Assembly (NCBI GenBank): GCA_030704615.1
Contig: CM060733.1
Location: 7,812,001-7,876,000 of the forward strand
Direction of reading: 5' to 3'
Length of the DNA: 64,000 bases
Source of the DNA: Takakia lepidozioides
Taxonomy: Eukaryota; Plantae; Bryophyta
Shown piece by piece: positions 56,985 to 64,000 of this stretch. The notes under the pieces are model-generated. The model was given only the letters and a program-made list of their open reading frames with translations, made no database searches and was not told the DNA's origin. The translations under genes were made by a program, and so were the position numbers. How positions within the stretch are numbered: position 1 is the first letter of the stretch; every line of letters begins with the position of its first letter.

Positions 56985-59070
56985 CTGTAACCCCGCCCCG
57001 GGTTCAACCATCACCCCCATGTAACCCTCTGTAACTCCGCCGAGTGTAACCCACATTACCATGTAACCCTTTGTAACCCATATAACCCCATGACCCTCTG
57101 TAACCCATGTAACCCTTATAACACCGCAGAGTGTCACCCCCACCCCTATGTAACCCTCACTACATGTAACCCTCTGTAACACTTTGCAACCCATGTAACC
57201 CTATGTAACCCTCTGTAACACCGCAGAGTGTCGCCCTCACCCCTTATGTAACCCTCACTCCATGTAACCCTCTGTAACCCATGTAACCCTCTGTGACCCT
57301 TTGTAACCCTCACCACCATGTAACCCTCTGTAACACCGCAGAGTGTCACCCTCACCCGTATGTAACCCTCATTCCATGTAACCCTCTCTGACCCTCTGTA
57401 ACCCTCACTCCATGTAACCCTCTGTGACTCTATATCCCTCACCAGGTGTAACCCTTACCTCCATGTAACCCTCTGTAACACCGCAGAGTGTCACCCTCGC
57501 CACCATGTAACCCTCACTCCATGTAACCCTCACAAACCCTCTGTGGCTCTGTAACCTATGTAACCCTCTGTAACACCGTAGAGTGTCGTCCTCACCACTT
57601 ATGTAACCCTCTGTAACCCATGTAACCCTCTGTGACCCTTTGTAACCCTCACCACCATGTAACCCTCTGTAACACCGCAGAGTGTCACCCTCACCCGTAT
57701 GTAACCCTCACTCCATGTAACCCTCTCTGACCCTCTATAACCCTCACCACCATGTAACCCTCTGTAACCCATGTGACCCTCTATATCCCTCACCAGGTGT
57801 AACCCTTACCACCATGTAACCCTCTGTAACACCGCAGAGTGTCACCCTCGTCACCATGTAACCCTCCGTAACCCTCACAAACCCTCTGTGACACCGCAGA
57901 GTGTCACCCTCATCCCCATGTAACCCTCACTCCATGTAACCCTCTGTGACCCTCCGTGGCTCTGTAACCCATGTAATCCTCTGTAACACCGTAGAGCGTC
58001 ACCCTCACGCCTTATGTAACCCTCACTCCATGTAACCCTCTGTAACACATGTAACCCTCTGTGACCCTTTGTAACCCTCACCACCATGTAACCCTCTGTA
58101 ACACCGCAGAGTGTCACCCTCACCCCTATGTAATCCTCACTCCATGTAACCCTCTCTGACCCTCTGTAACTCTCTGTAACCCATGTAACCCTCTGTGACC
58201 CTCTATATCCCTCACTAGGTGTAACCCTTACCACCATGTAACCCTCTGTAACACCGCAGAGTGTCACCCCCATCCCTATGCATCCCTCACTCCTTGTAAC
58301 CCATGTAATCCTCTGTGACCCTGCGTAACCCGTGTAACCCTCTGTGACCCTGTGTAACCCATGTAACCCCATGTAACCCTCACTCCATGTAACCCTCTCT
58401 GACCCTCTATAACCCATGTAACCCTCTGTGACCCTCTATAACCCTCACCAGGTGTAACCTTCACCACCATGTAACCCTCAGTAACCCTCTGTAACACCGT
58501 AGAGTGTCACCATCACCCCTGTGTAACCTCACTTTATGTAACCCTATGTGACCCTCTGTGACTCTCTGTAACCCTCACCAGGTGTAACCCTCACCACCAT
58601 GTAACCCTCCGTAACCCGTTTATCCCTCTGTAACACCGCTGAGTGTAACCCTCACTCCATGTAACCCTCCCATGTAACCCTATGTCACCCTCTGTAACCC
58701 ATGTAACCCCATGACCCTCTGTAACCCTTTGTAACCCATGTAACCCTCTGTTACTCCGCGAGGTGTAACCCTCACTCCATGTTATCCTGCATCGTGTAAC
58801 CCCAATGTAAGCTTGTATCATATTATCCCATATACCCCTCTCCGTGTAACTCCAGTTCCTCGTAACCCCATCATCCCTGTAACCCTCTGCACGTCAGCGC
58901 TTTAGCTCCGCCTCGTGTAACCCTCATTGTGCAACTCTCACATTGTAACCCCACCATGTAACCCCGATACTGTATCAATCCCCCCCGTGTAACCCCCGAT
59001 TGTGTCACTCATAGCTCGTGTCACCCCGGATCCTTTATCCCCAACGCATGTCACCCCTGTTCGTGTAGCC
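56985..59070. repeat. ~2-kb higher-order array of TGTAACCC/TGTGACCC/TGTCACCC modules
   Basis: Recurrent blocks CATGTAACCCTCTGTAACACCGCAGAGTGTCACCCTC. The landmark CCCTCACCAGGTGTAACC occurs at ~57435, 57787, 58208 (variant), 58442 and 58572. Confidence 0.95.
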
Positions 59071-59088
59071 CCTTAGTGCCCGGCAAAA

Positions 59089-59129
59089 ATTGGCGGGCTC
59101 CAAGAGGTGTCAGATATTTTGAATTCAAA
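59089..59129. promoter_or_regulatory. Candidate E2F site (ATTGGCGG) and palindromic TTTGAATTCAAA upstream of the transposase
   Basis: Matches WTTSSCSS at 59089-59096; palindrome at 59118-59129; ~160-200 bp before the ATG at 59290. Confidence 0.35.
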
Positions 59130-59289
59130 CCTGGGTTACACGATTCGGTGACATCAAAACCCACGTGTAACTCCATCATCGCTCGTCATTTTCACCAGGT
59201 GCGTAGACGACGTGCAGTCCCGAGGGCTCCGCTGCGTTGCCCGCGTGTATTATGCGATTTGTACTGTACTGGTGGTATTGTTGCTGCTA

Positions 59290-62200
59290 ATGGCATGTGC
59301 TGCCGCGAAGGTGCTAGACGAGGAACGCAAAGCAGCATTGGAATCAAATGGTTTGAAAGATGAGGCGGGAGAACTCTGTCATTTGCAGCATTTGGTATCT
59401 CATTTGAAATGCATCCTACAGCTGCCCATAGACGGGCTTTTCAATCACACAAACCTCCGTTGGATACGCCAGGTTTCCCAGGGAAAAGGGAAACGGATAT
59501 CCATCGAAGTAGCTGTCGTTCCATGGTCTCGCATTCCTGACTTTCTGGAGGGAGAAAGGAGTAGAGTGGATGGGAAGACCCAATTTTATGTTCAAGATCG
59601 AAGGTACCGTGAGTTGCCAGATTTGACAACACCGCGTGCAAACAGTTATCGTCAGTGGCATAAGTAAGTCACTTATGAGGGTTGTATAACATTCCCAGCC
59701 CCACTTCTTTCTGCTAGTCTAGCAAAGTCGTATATGGCGATAACCCTCCTCGCTTTATATGCTTTTTTTGCAGGTACCACTGCTGCTACGGCCCGATAGA
59801 TAGGCGCACGGACCCGCCGATTGTGAAGAAAAAAAAAAACCGATAGCAGCCTCCGATAATCAAACAGCAGTCAAGCGAATCAGACGTAAGGCAGCGGATT
59901 TCGGAGAGTCATACAAACGTGGGTGTACGTGTAGCTTCAAAGTTGGCCAGTGTTTTCTAGATTCAGAGTTGGCAATCATCACATACTTCCAGAAACAGCA
60001 TGTGGATGCAAAAGGAAAGCCATGTCATGGTTCAGCTGACCCCTCTTCCCATTTCTCGCGATTCGTGCATGCCCCTCGTCTCAGCCAAGATATGAAACAG
60101 TGGATCGTCGATAGTCTTCGCAGTGGCCTATCTCCAGCTATGATTATGACACAACACACTCAACAACTCCAGGAAGCTTGTGCGTCTCAGCCAGGCATGG
60201 AGTGGAGTCGCGATTGTTTCTTGTTCGAGTACGACGTGAGAAACATTGCCGACAAGCTTGCGATTGAGAGTTACAAAAAACATCCAGATGATGCACAAAG
60301 TGTACGTATGTGGGTCAATAGCAATCCTGAAAGCGTCTTCTTCTACCATGAAGAGACAGCGCCAGTGGCGGGTGATTTGAAGTTCGTAATTGGAATACAA
60401 ACGGAGTGGCAAAAACAGAAAATGATCGACTTGGGACACAACCGTGTGGTATCCTGCGATGCAACATTTGGGACCAACGAAAATAAGGTATTCGTGTCAC
60501 GCTTTACCTTTCATTGCATTCTGAAATGTGAGTGCCATGCAACTGTTGCCAATATTTTAACGCTCACCTTATTCATTTTTGTACCATTGCGACATTGCAG
60601 TTCCCAATGTATACCATGATGGTGTTCGACGAATGGCTCAACGGCATACCTGTTGCTTATATTATATCAGCGAGAAACAAAACGACTGACTTGAGCCCCT
60701 GGATGAAACGTCTTCGCGACCGACTTCTTCAGAGCAAACCAGATTGGAGGCCAAATGCTTTTGTTGTCGACGATGCAGACGCAGAAATCAATGCTATCAG
60801 GTACACGGCTAGAAGTTACAATGTTCTGAGTCACACTACAAGTTGCATGCACGAGGGGTTTCATGGATCGGGCTACACTGCTGCTAGTTACACTGAGAAT
60901 CACAGTAAGAGTTAAACTGCCAGTTACACGAGGGGGTGCATTGCTGCCTGTAACACTTGGAGTTACACTGTCAGTTGCTCGAGGGGTTACATGGATTGGG
61001 TTGCAGTGCTGTCTATTACACTGAGGGTTACACTATCAGTTAGACAGATGGTTATACTGCCTTGAGTTGGACGGAGGGTTACACTGCTGTGAGTTAGACC
61101 GAGGGTATACTACTGTGAGTTAGACCGAGGGTTACACTGCTATGAGGTAGACAGAGGGTTACACTGCGAGTTACACGGCGTGTCATCCGCAGTCCTACAT
61201 GGATTAGGTTGCACTGCTATAGCATGTGAGTTACACTGGGAGCATCGCAGAGGGTTGTATGGGTTGGGTCGCTCTGAGAGTTACACGGTGTAACATGGAT
61301 TGCGTTACAGCGCTGCGAGGGGTTATATGTGTTGGGTTACACTGCTTGAGTTTCACTGATAGTTACATGACCAGATGCACGAGGGGTTACATGAGTCACA
61401 CTACTAAGAGTGACACTTTGAAGAGTTACACTTCTACGAGTTACACTGCGAAGAGTTCCTCTGATAAGAGTTACACTGACAAGAGTTACACTGATGGATT
61501 GGGTGGCATTTGATGTGTGTGCGTGCAGGGAATCGTTTGGGGACGTAGCAATATTTCTATGCCTTTGGCATGTTCGCCGCGCTTGGCTGAAACATTCGTG
61601 GCGTAAGATGCCCGATCCATACACTCGCAATGCTGTTTTGAAACAGCTTGGCGACGTAATGTACGGCATTAACGCCTGTGTGGGAGTCACCCCAAGAGTG
61701 GGCGCTGGAGCGACTGGAAGATTTGAATTATTCCTATCCGCTTGCGCGTGACTTCCTACGTTACATCAGAATGGAATGGGTCCCAAAACTGAGCATGTGG
61801 ATCACGGGGGCTCGTTATATTCCCCACGCAAGTCAGGATACTAATGCCGCAATTGAATCTTGGCACGGAAATTTGAAGGCTCGTTTACGCTCGGGAAAGC
61901 AAAGGCTTGATGGCAGGAGAATCGATTGGCTGATCAGCGAACTCGTGGGTCCTGTTCTAACCCACTATTGGTATAGAGATAACTTGAAATCGAAAGGCTT
62001 CAAAAGGAATGTACGACAGGAGGAATTTATCAGTAATGCTGTTTGGACTGCAAGGGAGATCCCTGATGTCAATGTTCATTTGCCCACTGTTCCTGGTCAT
62101 CCGGCGATTGTGGATAGTGTTCAAACGGCCGGTCGAAGCTACACAATCTATGCACCTGCGACCACCTGGGCTTGTTGCGATTGTCCATGGGCTTTGAAGG

Positions 62201-62643
62201 GTAACTTGTGCAAACATCAAATCCGCGTTCTTCAATTGATGAAGCCAAATCTGAAGGAAGGGCTTATTGTGAAGCTCTGTGGCACAAAGCTCGGGACCAT
62301 TCATGGAGGTCTTCACATGTTGATGAAATCGGAACTTCCAGATATTGATGCAGAGGAGGAAGTTGTGAATCTAGCAGAGCCTACGGAGTGCTCAGCATCA
62401 TCCCGGCGTGGTCGGCAGGAGCCATCGGATGTTTCATCAATTGAATCTGAGATGAAGTCCCTGTCGCTTCTTGGCAATGAGAGTGAAACAATGCGCAAAC
62501 ATTTGCTTGCCGAGCTTCGTTGTGTTCGTGGGAGGCTGTCCACTTTACAAGTTAGAATCGACAAAGGTCTGTTGCACCCTCTTCAAGCAGTTCCATTCAT
62601 AAAAATGATGATGGAAACAACATGTCCCTTGCCAGGAAAGTAG
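59290..62643 (+). pseudogene. MULE-type DDE transposase with SWIM zinc finger, 4 exons (~59290-59663, 59773-60487, 60601-60800, 61529-62643), frameshifted
   Basis: YHCCYGP..KRGCTC..HVD..G.PCH; CDATFGTN; FDEWLNGIPVA; FVVDD...E..AI; LCLWHVRRAW; DTNAAIESWH; SWIM CDC...GNLCKH. Frameshifts lie at the A11 run (59829-59839) and at ~61685. Confidence 0.85.
60801..61528. repeat. Transposase intron filled with the reverse-complement motif (GTTACAC/GGGTTAC)
   Basis: Many GTTACAC, GAGGGTTAC and GTTAGAC copies lie between the donor at 60801 and the acceptor at ~61528. Confidence 0.85.
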
Positions 62644-62779
62644 ATTTTGTAGACCGGTTCCGTAGTAAGTGACCATTGAGTCCATTGGCAATGACACTTA
62701 CTTTGTGATCACCAAGTTTAATATGAAGTACATGTCTGTTCATGGGTTGTTATTCACTTTGCCATTCCATCCACATTCA

Positions 62780-64000
62780 ACCTATGTAACCCACTCAATG
62801 GGACACCCATGGGCCGGGGTGACACACCGCAGGGTTACACTGTCTGGGGTTTCATAACGTAACATAGCTCTACTTAGTGTAACTTGCATCTGTGGTACTC
62901 CACACAGTGTAACACAGATGAGTGTGAACCTCTTCAGTGTAACTCATTGTGGTGTAACTCCAAGTGTAACTGCAATGTAACTATCAACAGTGTAACCTAG
63001 TATGTAACCCCATAGAATATTGCTGTCAGTGGTGTAACTCTGAGAACAATGTGACTACAATGTGACTACAGGGTCTGGGTTAGTCTGCCGGGGTTACATG
63101 ACCCTTCAATACAGAGTGGGAAGATGTTGAAGTCGAGCACCTTTAGTCACCAACACTAGCCCCTGTATGTGTACCCCTCTATGTGTAACCCAATTTGTGT
63201 GTAACCCATGGACGTGTAATCCATGAGATAGATAATCATTCCGTTCAACCTATGTTATGGACCAGTGTAGCCCTCCGGAGTGTAACTTGTTGTTGTGTAA
63301 CCCCAAGAAGTATGTATCCCGACCATATGTAACCCCCATTGATGTCACCCCATCGCATGTAACCCATTGTACAATTTGGGGTGCACGCTATAAACCCGAT
63401 GCTACATCACCCCATCTTATGTATCCCCACGACACGTAGCCCTTGTATAGGCAACCCTGCCCACTTTCATTGTGCACAGTGTAACTTAGAACTGTGTAAC
63501 CCTCTTGAGTGAGTGTAACCCAGTGTTGTAACTCCAAGAAGTATGTAGCCCGACCAGATGTTACCCCCACACTATTGTGACCCCATCGTATGTAACCCAT
63601 TGTACATAGCCCTCATGTATGTAACCCCATGTAGTATAAATCTGAGAACTTCAGTGCACAACACTTCAGTGCGAAAAAAATAAAAAATAAAACAAATGCG
63701 CATAGTCGAGGTGGGGTTACATGCCACGAAAGTATACTGTTTCAGCAACGTGACCCTGACATAGCCAGGTATGTAACCCATAAGTGTACCCCACGTTGTG
63801 AGACCCGGCATGGTGTAACCCATCACTTATGTGTGAACCCACAGAGTGTAAGCCCATTGCCCCAGGGCCCAAAGGTGTACCCAAGTACTTGTCTATGATT
63901 CCACTTCATGTAACCTTATAAGGTGTAACCCCATGTAAGCCCATTGCATGAAACCCAAACTATGAAGTGTTACGAACAAACCACATAGAAGCAAAAATGC
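62780..64000. repeat. Degenerate TGTAAC(CC) motif array downstream of the transposase
   Basis: Dense GTGTAAC/TGTAACCC copies, mostly in the same orientation as the upstream array. A longer duplicated block occurs at ~63290-63375 and ~63520-63605. Confidence 0.85.

Larger units (their letters stand above)
56985..64000 (+). mobile_element. Mutator-like (MULE/SWIM) DNA transposon with long motif arrays; termini not identified
   Basis: A DDE-SWIM transposase gene is flanked by, and interrupted by, arrays of one TGTAAC motif family. Confidence 0.7.

Noticed and set aside
56787-58821. Several minus-strand ORFs (VTEGY/RVTW repeats)
   Set aside because: They are translations of the repeat array, with module lengths that shift frame.
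56985-59070. Interstitial telomere (TAACCC resembles the TTAGGG complement)
   Set aside because: The motif is GTAACCC with irregular spacers and never forms tandem CCCTAA or CCCTAAA runs.

Overview
Nuclear DNA from a gene-dense land-plant genome; gene content suggests a non-seed plant (inference). From 1 to ~8045 lies a decayed, 5'-truncated Ty3/Gypsy non-chromovirus LTR retrotransposon on the minus strand. Its RT-RNaseH segment is inverted, a ~365-bp fragment of a host GPAT gene sits at one inversion breakpoint, and it carries a 30-bp minisatellite and an extra env-like/coiled-coil ORF. Host genes follow: intronless MCU (+); a tRNA-Lys(CTT)-like gene followed directly by a 1.6-kb modular tandem array; a CASP-like gene (-); an organellar uL18-like gene (+); PHF1 (-, with a P1BS site upstream); a full-length bacterial-type NFACT/RqcH gene (-); a MIT-AAA spastin-like ATPase (+); two tandem intronless AIG1-type GTPases (-, the second broken); a RimP-like gene (-); and an XS-domain SGS3-like gene with two nonsense codons (-). 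Four fragments of one (CATTT)n-tailed LINE family sit in introns. From ~57 kb to the window end is a Mutator-like DDE-SWIM transposase gene. It is embedded in kilobase arrays of a TGTAAC(CC) motif upstream, downstream and, in reverse orientation, inside one intron. All calls come from reading motifs by eye, and multi-exon coordinates are hand-derived.
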